DNA of 64,000 nucleotides from Candidatus Latescibacterota bacterium (GTDB taxonomy: Bacteria; Latescibacterota; UBA2968; GCA-2709665): positions 3,776,001 through 3,840,000 of the forward strand of contig OZ241917.1 of NCBI GenBank assembly GCA_965203805.1, read 5' to 3'. The translations under genes were made by a program, and so were the position numbers. Below are positions 40,062-49,500 of the stretch, one piece after another; within the stretch, counting starts at the first letter, position 1; every line of letters begins with the position of its first letter. Under the pieces are notes generated by a model that ran no database searches, was not told where the DNA came from, and worked only from the letters and a program-made list of their open reading frames with translations.

Positions 40062-40263
40062 AGGGGGCCACTCCTCAAGGCTACATCGTCCTGCACGGCT
40101 TCTCCTTCGGGGTAAAGAAACGAAAAGTGGTCCGGATGGCAACGCTTTTTTCTTTACAAACAACGCGTGCGGGCCTTAATTTATGTCGAAAAAATGCCTT
40201 CCCTGCGACCCTGCCGTGCGGGTCCGGTTTTTTGTTCAGAACCGCATTCGGAGAATTCCTTCC

Positions 40264-40812
40264 TTGCATTTCCTGCGTGCCTATGTCGGCTTTGCGAACC
40301 GGTTGAACGAAGGCATTGGCGTTGCCGTATCGTGGCTTACGACGGTCCTGGTGGCTGTCGTCTGCTACGACGTGTTTACGCGGTATCTGCTGAAAAGCAG
40401 CCTTGTGGCGGTGCAGGAGCTGCAATGGCACCTGTTTGCGGTCATTTTCCTGATCGGCGCGGCCTATACCCTGAAACACGGCAAACATGTGCGCGTGGAC
40501 GTCTTCTACAACCGCTTCTCCGCGAGAACCAGGGCCTGGGTGGATTTCGTCGGCAGCCTCCTTTTTCTTGTCCCCTTCTGTCTGGTCGCCATCTGGTGTT
40601 CCCACACGTTTGTCATTAACGCGTTCGTTATCGGGGAAGGGTCGCCCGATCCCGGCGGACTGCCCGCGCGATTCATCCTCAAAGCCGCCATTCCGGCAGG
40701 CTTTTTTCTGCTGACCTTGCAGGGCCTCGCGCTGGCATTCGATTCGTTCTTCAGAATCGCGGGCGACGAGGGTACCGACCTTGAAACCGGACGACAGGGG
40801 GCGGACGCATGA
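40264..40812 (+). CDS. dctQ: TRAP transporter small permease
   Basis: [33 protein letters not shown]; start uncertain (40183 or TTG 40264). Confidence 0.9.
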   Translation: MHFLRAYVGFANRLNEGIGVAVSWLTTVLVAVVCYDVFTRYLLKSSLVAVQELQWHLFAVIFLIGAAYTLKHGKHVRVDVFYNRFSARTRAWVDFVGSLLFLVPFCLVAIWCSHTFVINAFVIGEGSPDPGGLPARFILKAAIPAGFFLLTLQGLALAFDSFFRIAGDEGTDLETGRQGADA

Positions 40813-42128
40813 TCGAAGCCATGCCGCTCATCCTGTTCGGCGTCCTGTTTGTGCTGCTCCTGTTCGGATTCCCGGTGGCGTTCACGCTGGGCGGCGTTTC
40901 CTTCATCCTGGGTTATCTCACGTTCGGCATCGATTTCTTCAATCTGCTGCCCCTGCGCATCTGGGGCGTGATGACAAACTACGTGCTCATCGCGGTCCCC
41001 CTGTTCGTCTATATGGGCGTCATGCTTGAGAAATCCGGGCTTGCCGAGGAACTGCTGGAGACGATGGCGCTGCTCTTCGGGAAGCTGCGCGGCGGTCTTG
41101 CGGTTTCCGTCATCGTCGTGGGCGCCCTGCTGGGTGCATCCACAGGCATCGTCGGGGCGACCGTCGTCACCATGGGTCTCCTGAGCCTGCCGACCATGCT
41201 CAGACGCGGCTACCGCACCGAACTGGCCACCGGTATCATCTCCGCGTCCGGCACGCTGGGTCAGATCATCCCGCCCAGCATCGTCCTGGTGTTGCTGGGC
41301 AGCATCCTGAATATTTCCATCGGCGACATGTTCATTGCAGCCGTGATTCCGGGTCTTTGTCTCGTGGGACTCTACCTGACCTGGATCGTGATTGTCGCCC
41401 TTACAAGACCGGAGTCCGCGCCCGCCATGCCAGGGGAGGACCTGGAACGTTTTGTGGGCGCCGTCAGGATCAAACAGACCATTCACGCCTTCCTGCTGCC
41501 CGGACTGTTGATCACGGCCGTCCTGGGATCCATCTTCGCAGGTGTCGCCTCTCCCACCGAAGCCGCCGCGGTGGGCGCCCTCGGGGCAACCGTCCTTACG
41601 CTGTGCAAGCGGAAATTATCCCTCGATACCCTCAAATCGGTCATGGCCGAGACCACCCACCTGACCTGCATGGTCTTCATCATCCTGGTTGGCGCTACCG
41701 CCTTCGGCCTTGTTTTCAGGGGACTGCACGGCGACGCGTATCTCACCCGATTGATCGTGGAAGCCGACCCGGGGCCACACGTTTTCCTCGCGCTCGTAAT
41801 GGTCGTTATTTTTATCGCCGGGTTCTTTATAGATTTCATCGAGATTACGTTCATCATCGTTCCGGTTGTCGCGCCAATCTTCGCGCACCTGGGCGTGGAC
41901 CTTCTCTGGGTGGGCATCCTTATTGCGATGAACCTGCAGACGTCTTTCCTGACCCCGCCATTCGGATTTTCCCTGTTCTACCTGAAAGGCGTCGCGCCGC
42001 CCGAGGTTCGGACGGGCCACATTTATCGCGGCATTATACCCTTTATCGTCGTGCAGCTCATTGGCCTCACGCTGGTCATCGTCTTTCCCGAAGTGGCCAC
42101 GTGGCTGCCGCGGTACCTGGCGTCGTGA
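40809..42128 (+). CDS. dctM: TRAP transporter large permease
   Basis: [45 protein letters not shown]; ATGA overlap with dctQ. Confidence 0.95.
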   Translation: MIEAMPLILFGVLFVLLLFGFPVAFTLGGVSFILGYLTFGIDFFNLLPLRIWGVMTNYVLIAVPLFVYMGVMLEKSGLAEELLETMALLFGKLRGGLAVSVIVVGALLGASTGIVGATVVTMGLLSLPTMLRRGYRTELATGIISASGTLGQIIPPSIVLVLLGSILNISIGDMFIAAVIPGLCLVGLYLTWIVIVALTRPESAPAMPGEDLERFVGAVRIKQTIHAFLLPGLLITAVLGSIFAGVASPTEAAAVGALGATVLTLCKRKLSLDTLKSVMAETTHLTCMVFIILVGATAFGLVFRGLHGDAYLTRLIVEADPGPHVFLALVMVVIFIAGFFIDFIEITFIIVPVVAPIFAHLGVDLLWVGILIAMNLQTSFLTPPFGFSLFYLKGVAPPEVRTGHIYRGIIPFIVVQLIGLTLVIVFPEVATWLPRYLAS

Positions 42129-42136
42129 TCGAAAAC

Positions 42137-42170
42137 AAAAAACAGGGACGCGTCTCTAACGCATCCCTGT
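42137..42170 (-). terminator. Terminator between convergent dctM and dctP
   Basis: ACAGGGACGCGT-ctcta-ACGCATCCCTGT hairpin with an A-run on the left side. Confidence 0.6.
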
Positions 42171-42197
42171 CTGAAAAGACTGCCGTGTTCAGATCCG

Positions 42198-43319
42198 TTA
42201 ACCGCCTATCGCGGAATAATACAGCTTCTCCGAAAGCCCGGCCCACGGGTCGATGTTCTTCCGGAACGCGTCGAAAGAGGCATAGACCTTTTTGCTCATC
42301 GGATCGGCTTCGGCCACCTCTTCCTCAACTTCCTGTGAGTACCGGCGCAACGTCTTGAGGACCTCGTCCGAAAACCTTCGCAACTCAACATTGTGTTCAT
42401 TCGTGAGCTTCTGCAGATAAATACTGTTCTTGGCCTCGAATTCGGATAGCATCCAGGCATTGGACCGGGCCGCGGCCGCCTGCACAATCTGCTGAAGTTC
42501 GGACGGCAGTTGCTCGAACGCGAGCTTGTTGACGATCAGCTCCAGCGAGGTGCCCGGCTCGTGCCATCCCGGATAATAGTAGTATTTCGCGGCTCTGAAG
42601 AAACCCATCAGGAAGTCATGGTAGGGTCCGATCCATTCCGTCGCATCGATGACGCCGCGTTCCAGGTTCGTGTAGATTTCACCGCCGGCTGAAAGCACGG
42701 CCGAACCGCCGGCCCTGGCGATCACCTTGCCGCCCAGGCCCGGTATTCGCATTTTGAGGCCTTGAAAATCGGAGATACTGTTCATTTCCCGGTTGAACCA
42801 GCCGCCCATCTGGACTCCGGTATTGCCCACGGGCATCGCGACCAGGTTGAACGGAGCATACAGTTCCTGCCAGAGCGCCAGCCCGCCGCCGCTGTAGATC
42901 CACGCGTTGAGCTGCTGTCCGTTCATGCCGAACGGCACCGCCGCGAAGAACTGGGTTGCCGGCGCCTTGCCGGCCCAATAATACGCGGCGCCGTGGCACA
43001 TCTCAACGGCGCCCTGATTGGCGGCATCGAAGCCTTCCAGCGGCGGAATCAGTTCCCCGCCGCCGTAAACCGTAATTTTCAACCGGCCGCCGGACATCTC
43101 GTCAATCCATTTGGCCAGCAAGTCCGCGCCTTCGCCAAGTATGGGAAAATGCGGCGGCCAGGTTGTTACCATCTTCCATTCGAGCTTCTTCCGGGCGTGC
43201 ACGGCGGGCGCGTCGGACTGCTCTTTCGCGGCCGGGCTGCAACCCGCCAACGCCGCAACGCCGCCGGCAACCCCGACGGAGGCTTTCTTGAGGAAATCGC
43301 GTCGTTCGAACTTCTCCAT
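42198..43319 (-). CDS. dctP: TRAP substrate-binding protein (TakP-like, Tat signal)
   Basis: RRDFLK Tat motif, WKMVTTWP, YYWAGK, GNTGVQMGGWF, KMRIPGLGG, YYYPGWHEP. Confidence 0.93.
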   Translation of the reverse strand: MEKFERRDFLKKASVGVAGGVAALAGCSPAAKEQSDAPAVHARKKLEWKMVTTWPPHFPILGEGADLLAKWIDEMSGGRLKITVYGGGELIPPLEGFDAANQGAVEMCHGAAYYWAGKAPATQFFAAVPFGMNGQQLNAWIYSGGGLALWQELYAPFNLVAMPVGNTGVQMGGWFNREMNSISDFQGLKMRIPGLGGKVIARAGGSAVLSAGGEIYTNLERGVIDATEWIGPYHDFLMGFFRAAKYYYYPGWHEPGTSLELIVNKLAFEQLPSELQQIVQAAAARSNAWMLSEFEAKNSIYLQKLTNEHNVELRRFSDEVLKTLRRYSQEVEEEVAEADPMSKKVYASFDAFRKNIDPWAGLSEKLYYSAIGG

Positions 43320-43462
43320 TCAGTTCCTCCACTCATGAATCCCGGTGCTCACACAAAGCGCTTGTCGAACAACGGAACAAGGTAGGCCGCGTACACACCG
43401 ATGGCAAGAAAAATGAGAACCCCCGTACTCCTCCCCCGGAGGCCGGGGGTGGGGAGAAAGCA

Positions 43463-46195
43463 ATGAGCGAAAAAGAGAGAAAGCTCTACCTGCTGGACGG
43501 AATGGCGCTGGTTTACCGGGCCCATTTCTCCATGATCCGCAACCCGCGAATGTCCTCCACCGGCCTGAATACGTCGACGGTATTCGTGCTCACGAACACC
43601 CTGCTGGATATTCTGAACAACGCGGATCCCAGTCATATCGGCGTTGTATTCGACACGCCCGAACCGACCCACCGGCACAGGATGTTCCCGGAATACAAGG
43701 CGCAGCGCGAGGCCATGCCCGAGGATCTCAGCGCGGCGCTACCATACGTCTTTCGCCTGTGCGAAGCGTTCAACCTGCCCGTTGTCAGGGTACCCGGATG
43801 GGAAGCGGACGACGTAATCGGAACGCTGGCCAGACAGGCGGAATCGGCGGGTTTCACAACCTATATGGTCACACCCGACAAGGACTACGGCCAACTGGTT
43901 TCGGACCGCACCTTCGTCTGTAAACCGGGCCGCACCGGCGACGTCGAAATCCAGGGTGTCAACGAAATTCTGGAGAAGTGGCAGATCGAACGCGTGGAAC
44001 AGGTCATCGATATTCTGGGCCTGATGGGCGACAGTTCGGACAACGTGCCCGGGGTGCCGGGCGTGGGGGAAAAAACCGCCCAGAAACTGATCGGAAAGTA
44101 TGGCAGCATCGAAAACCTGCTGGACAACGTAGACGAACTCAAAGGAAAACAGAAGGAACGAGTCGAAGAAAACCGCGAACAGGCCCTGCTTTCCAAAGAA
44201 CTGGTAACCATAGATCGCGACGTCGTGCTGGACGTCAAACCCGACGACCTGGAACGCACTGATTGGGACGAGCAGAAACTGCAGGCACTGTTTGTCGAAC
44301 TCGAATTCAATACCCTGGGCCAGCGCCTTTTTGGCGAGACGTTCAAGGCCGGTCCCACCGCCGCCGGCGAAATCGGAGGCGAAGTCCGAACCCTCAAAGA
44401 CGTCGAACACGACTATAAACTGGTGGACACCTCGGAGTCGCGAAGGGAACTCATCGACGCGTTGGGTCGACAGAAGGCCTTCTGCTTCGACATCGAAACC
44501 ACGGGCCTGAACCCCAGGAAGTGCGAGCTGATCGGCCTCGCCTTTTCCTGCGAAGCGCACACGGGATTCTACGTGCCATTGCCCGATGTGCCCGAAGAAG
44601 CGCTCGAAATCCTGGAAACCTTTCGTCCCGTTCTGGAAAATCCGGAAATCGAGAAAATCGGCCACCACCTGAAGTTCGATTTGAGCGTCCTGCGCTGGAA
44701 GGGCTTTCGCGTGAAGGGTCCGTTGTTCGACACGATGCTCGCCGCCTACCTGGCCACGCCCGATCTGCGCCGCACCATGGACTATCTGTCGGAAGCGCTG
44801 CTTGGATACCACCCCATTCCAATTTCCGATCTCATCGGCGAGAAAGGAGAGGACCAACTGAGCCTGACGGACGTTCCGCTGGACCAGGTAACGACGTATG
44901 CGGCTGAGGATGCGGACATTACCCTTCAGCTGAGCGAAGTCCTGAGGTCCATGCTCGAAGAAATGGGGCAGGTGCGCGTGTTCCGGGACGTGGAATGTCC
45001 GCTCATCCCCGCCCTTGTCGAAATGGAATTCGAAGGCATCCGGTGTGAAGCCGAGGCACTTCGAGATTTGTCCGAAGGCCTCTCGGGCGAAATCGAGCGG
45101 GCCAGAGAGCAGATCTTCCAACTCGCGGGGGAACACTTCGATCTCAACTCCCCAAGGCAGCTGGGCGACATTCTCTTCGACAAACTGAAACTCGACCCGA
45201 ACGCGCGCCGGACAGCCAGGACAAAACAGTACCAGACCACGGAACAGGTCCTGCGGCGCCTGGCGTACAAGCACGAAATCGTGGAACAGGTGATGTTCTA
45301 CAGGATGTGTACCAAATTGAAATCCACCTACGTCGACCAGTTACCGGGTTCGATTTTCAAACCCACGGGCCGAATCCATACCAACTACGAGGCGGCGGTT
45401 ACGGCGACAGGCCGTCTGCAGTCTCACGGTCCGAACATGCAGAATATTCCCATCCGCACCGAAATGGGCCGGGAGATCCGAAAAGCCTTCGTGCCGCGCG
45501 ACGAAAACCACGTGCTGCTTGCCGCCGACTACTCCCAGATCGAACTCCGCGTGGCCGCCGAACTCAGTGGGGACGAAGCGCTCACGGCGGTTTTCAGACA
45601 GGGCGGCGACATCCACACGGCGACCGCTGAAAAAATCTACGGCATCGACGGGGCTACCGAAGATATGCGGCGCCACGCGAAGACCGTCAACTTCGGCATC
45701 ATCTACGGCATCTCGGCGTTCGGCCTGGCCGACCGCCTGGACATTTCCCGAAAGCAGGCGGCGGACCTGATTGCCAATTACTTCGATCAGTTTCCCGGCA
45801 TCCGGACCTACATGGACGAGACCATCGAGTTTGCCCGGGAGAATGGATACGTCGAAACGGTCACCGGCCGCCGCCGCTATCTGCGCGACATCAACTCGCG
45901 CAACGCGACCACCCGTAAGGGGGAGGAACGAAACGCCATCAACTCGCGCATCCAGGGCACGGCCGCGGATATGATCAAGCTGGCGATGAGCCATATCCAT
46001 CGTGATATACTCGACCGAAATCTCAAGTCCCGAATGCTGCTCCAGGTCCACGACGAACTGGTCTTCGATATGCACCTGGACGAAGCGGATGTCCTCCCGA
46101 CCATCGTCGAAGATGCGATGAAATCCGCCATTCCCATGCAGGTGCCGATTGTCGTGGAGATGGGCACGGGGACGAACTGGCTGGACGCGCATTGA
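43463..46195 (+). CDS. polA: DNA polymerase I
   Basis: 5'-3' exonuclease (LLDG..YRA, EADD), 3'-5' exonuclease (FDIET, YAAEDAD), polymerase motifs ADYSQIELR, AKTVNFGIIYG, LQVHDEL. Confidence 0.99.
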   Translation: MSEKERKLYLLDGMALVYRAHFSMIRNPRMSSTGLNTSTVFVLTNTLLDILNNADPSHIGVVFDTPEPTHRHRMFPEYKAQREAMPEDLSAALPYVFRLCEAFNLPVVRVPGWEADDVIGTLARQAESAGFTTYMVTPDKDYGQLVSDRTFVCKPGRTGDVEIQGVNEILEKWQIERVEQVIDILGLMGDSSDNVPGVPGVGEKTAQKLIGKYGSIENLLDNVDELKGKQKERVEENREQALLSKELVTIDRDVVLDVKPDDLERTDWDEQKLQALFVELEFNTLGQRLFGETFKAGPTAAGEIGGEVRTLKDVEHDYKLVDTSESRRELIDALGRQKAFCFDIETTGLNPRKCELIGLAFSCEAHTGFYVPLPDVPEEALEILETFRPVLENPEIEKIGHHLKFDLSVLRWKGFRVKGPLFDTMLAAYLATPDLRRTMDYLSEALLGYHPIPISDLIGEKGEDQLSLTDVPLDQVTTYAAEDADITLQLSEVLRSMLEEMGQVRVFRDVECPLIPALVEMEFEGIRCEAEALRDLSEGLSGEIERAREQIFQLAGEHFDLNSPRQLGDILFDKLKLDPNARRTARTKQYQTTEQVLRRLAYKHEIVEQVMFYRMCTKLKSTYVDQLPGSIFKPTGRIHTNYEAAVTATGRLQSHGPNMQNIPIRTEMGREIRKAFVPRDENHVLLAADYSQIELRVAAELSGDEALTAVFRQGGDIHTATAEKIYGIDGATEDMRRHAKTVNFGIIYGISAFGLADRLDISRKQAADLIANYFDQFPGIRTYMDETIEFARENGYVETVTGRRRYLRDINSRNATTRKGEERNAINSRIQGTAADMIKLAMSHIHRDILDRNLKSRMLLQVHDELVFDMHLDEADVLPTIVEDAMKSAIPMQVPIVVEMGTGTNWLDAH

Positions 46196-46260
46196 AAAGC
46201 AGTGGTAAGTGAAAAACAGTGGCCGGTGGTCAGTAAAGGCAGATTCAAGAACAAAGGCGG

Positions 46261-46320
46261 GAGCCCCTCACCCCCGGCCCCCTCTCCCAAAGGTAGAGGG
46301 GGAGCCGAAGCAGGGGCTTC
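46261..46320. repeat. REP-like GC-rich palindromic element downstream of polA
   Basis: CCCCTCACCCCCGGCCCCCTCTCCCAAAGGTAGAGGGGGAG, nested inside a GAGCCCCT..AGGGGCTT inverted repeat. Confidence 0.55.
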
Positions 46321-46520
46321 GCCGGGATGCCTTATTTTTCGGGAAATCGTCGTAGTTCATGGAATGATGGCAAGAAAGAATACACTGGCTGCAAGCGGCA
46401 CGAACGAATACCCACGGCATAACGCCAACCGAAATTTATGCACGACGCGGTGAATAATACAAACTCGCTCGGGTCAATAGGCCTCAGCCTTATCGGGGCT
46501 TCTTCTGCAGGGAAGACGCC

Positions 46521-49500
46521 ATGCAAGAGGAAAAAATGACCGATGTCATCGAATCGGCGATCAAGAAAACAGCAGAGATGAATCCACAGGAGACCGACGG
46601 CGAATGGCTTGAAGTCGTCACTGTGTGGTCCGCCCCATTCATCAAAGAGTGGGACATCTCAGCGTGCTGGCATTGGGAGGACTGGCCGGATAGAGAGACA
46701 CATTTTCCGAACACGACCAGATTAGACGTGGGGATAGACGCCGTAGCCGTGCGTCGCGGCGACGGGCAGCACGTCGCAATCCAGTGCAAGTCGCGCCGGC
46801 TTGATGACAAGGGACGCGGTACCTCAATCCACAACAACGAGATCGCCAAGTTCGCGGCTGCGTCCGCTGCGAACTTCTGGGCCGAGCGCTGGGTCGTCAC
46901 CAACGGAGACAATCCACTTGCCAGCGGTGCAGCGCAGTCGGCTTCGATGAGCGAGAAGCCGCTCAAACTTGTCAATATCACGAACGACTTGCACCAGCAG
47001 AGCCAGTCGAGCGCCGCATCTGAGGAGAACGAGTACGGTACGAGTCCTGAAAGGGATGATGCGATTCAGACGAAATCATGCATGCAAGACGAAGCCGTCG
47101 CCAACAGCGTCCGCATACTCAAAGAGCAGGAACACTCGGAGAGCGGAGGATTGCCGCTCGGCGAGGCACGCGGAAGAATCATCCTGCCCTGCGGAACGGG
47201 AAAGACTCGCATATCGCTCCGGATCGTGGAAGAACTGACGCCACCGGGCGAACTGTCCATCGTGCTGTGTCCTTCAATAGCGCTCGTATCCCAGATAAGG
47301 CGCGAGTATCTGGAAAACGCTGCAGTTCCCTTAGATGTGCTGGCGGTCTGCTCTGACGCTACGGCGGGATACGATCCCGGGAAAGAGGGGAGGCGCAACG
47401 CCACGCTTGACCCTACGGTCGATAACAGCAATGTCAGCGCGTCCGAGGTGAAGGGCAGGGTTACCACCGACGCCGGAGAAATAGCCGAATGGATGGGCCG
47501 GAGCACTTACGACAACGGAATCAAGGTTCTCATCGGGACATACCAGAGCAGCGGCACCGTATCGGAGGCCCTGCTCAGCGCCGGCGGCAGAGCGTGCGTG
47601 TTGATTGCTGACGAAGCGCACAGAACGGCGGGACTTAAGCGTAAGAACTCCAAATCCGCTGCTGCCAATGAAGAAGAAAAGCGTCTTCGTGACTTCACTG
47701 TGTGCCACGACAGCGACAGGTTTCCTGCAAACTATCGCGTCTATCAGACTGCTACACCGCGCATCTATGACGGCAAGCGCGCAATCGGCAATCCGAACTG
47801 GATCGTCCGTTCGATGGACGACGAGACCACATTCGGCGTCGAACTGTACCGCAAGAGCTACCTGGAAGCCGTGCGCAACCGATGGCTGTCCGATTACCGT
47901 ATCATCGCGATGGGCATCAACGACCCGGAGGCGTTCGAGACGGCGAATGTTCTGGCTAAGAAAACCAAGAGCAAAGGGCACGGCAAGCTGACGACCTCGG
48001 ACTACATGCGCGGCCTGGCGTACGCTCTCACGATGGGTGGAGCGACCCAGGGCGAAAGTGTGGACATCAGGTCTTGTATCGCCTTCATGAACACGGTGGA
48101 CAAGTCCAAGAACATGGCGGAGGACCTCCAGTCCGAAAACGTGAAGGAATGGGTCTCCCGGTGGCTCGACGAGAACGCAGATGGCAGAGATGTGTCTGAC
48201 TACAGCCTCGAACACCTGGACGCTTCGAGCAACGCCGCGGCGCGCGAAACCGCGAAGGGACGGCTTGCCTCTGCCGATGCGAAAAACCCTCACGGTATCA
48301 TCAATGTGGGCATCTTTGGAGAGGGCACCGATTCGCCGTCATTGAGCGCGGTGGCGTTTCTTGAAGCCCGGAGGAGTCCCATCGACGTCGTGCAGGCCGT
48401 CGGCCGGGCGATGCGAACCGCCCCCAACAAAGAACTGGGCTACATTGTCTGCCCCATTCTGATTCCTCCCACCGCCGACCCCGAGAAATGGCTGAGCAAC
48501 AGTGACTCCGAGGAGGGATGGCAGGAGCTTGGGCAGATTCTCCTGGCTCTGCGAGCCCACGACCAGCGCATTGAGGAGAGCCTTGAGGAACTTCTGCAAC
48601 TGTATATCCCCAAGCCGCCGCCAGTGGAGCGCACTTTAGTGGCGGTTGCCTCAGCCGAAGGCAATCGAATACAGTACGGTGAGGTCGAGGGACCGCCCGG
48701 TGCGGCGCAGGAAGCGGTCGAACAGGTGTTGAAAGGCAAGACCCGTTCCGAGTCCGGAATACGACGCATAAGCGAAACGCATGCCGGTTTCCAGGCACAA
48801 TACAGCACCAAGTCTACATCAGAAGCACCACGTACAAGTGAAAAACCGGTCGATTACCGTGCGGTGGAGATAACGCAGGTCTTCACGGGTAAGAAGAACG
48901 ACGATGGTAGCATCGAACTCCGCGCGGATTCCGTTGACCGGGACAAGCCTGACGCTGGCGAGGCGCGCGGCGTTGTAAACATACAGAAAACCAAAGCCAA
49001 GGCTCGGAAGATGATTAATTCCGGTGAGGGCGGCATTCGCGTTAAGCCGGGCAGTCATAAGAAGACACGCAAAACCGCCAAAGAACGAGCAGAGGAAAAA
49101 GGGCAGGTGATGCTCAAGCTGAGCGGGTTGGAAGAGCACGGCAGCGCCATAAAGATGAACCTCCTTGCGAAGTCCGGTCTGAGTGACAATCGCGTGATAC
49201 GCGACCTGAACATACTGGAAGGGAGCGTCAGCGAAGCGGCCCATCACATGCGCGCCGACGGACTGTTGCATGCACTGAACCAGCACTTCGGATTGGACAG
49301 GCTCAAGAAGACGGACAAGAAGCATGCGGACGGCTGCACGGTAGCCGCTCTTCTGATGATGAACGCCGCCATGTTGCACCAGCGCATCGCCAACGGTGGC
49401 TGGCTCTCGGGTATCAGCGACCTGTCTATCGTCAAGAACGAAGTCAACGTCGTTCGGAAGATGAGCCGTGAATGGGAGCGCATCATGCGCCACGACTTCC

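Noticed and set aside
38304-40115. Long antisense ORFs (603 aa here; also 43739-45274, 17299-18357, 18548-19681 and others)
   Set aside because: Shadow frames opposite well-supported genes in high-GC DNA, with no recognisable motifs
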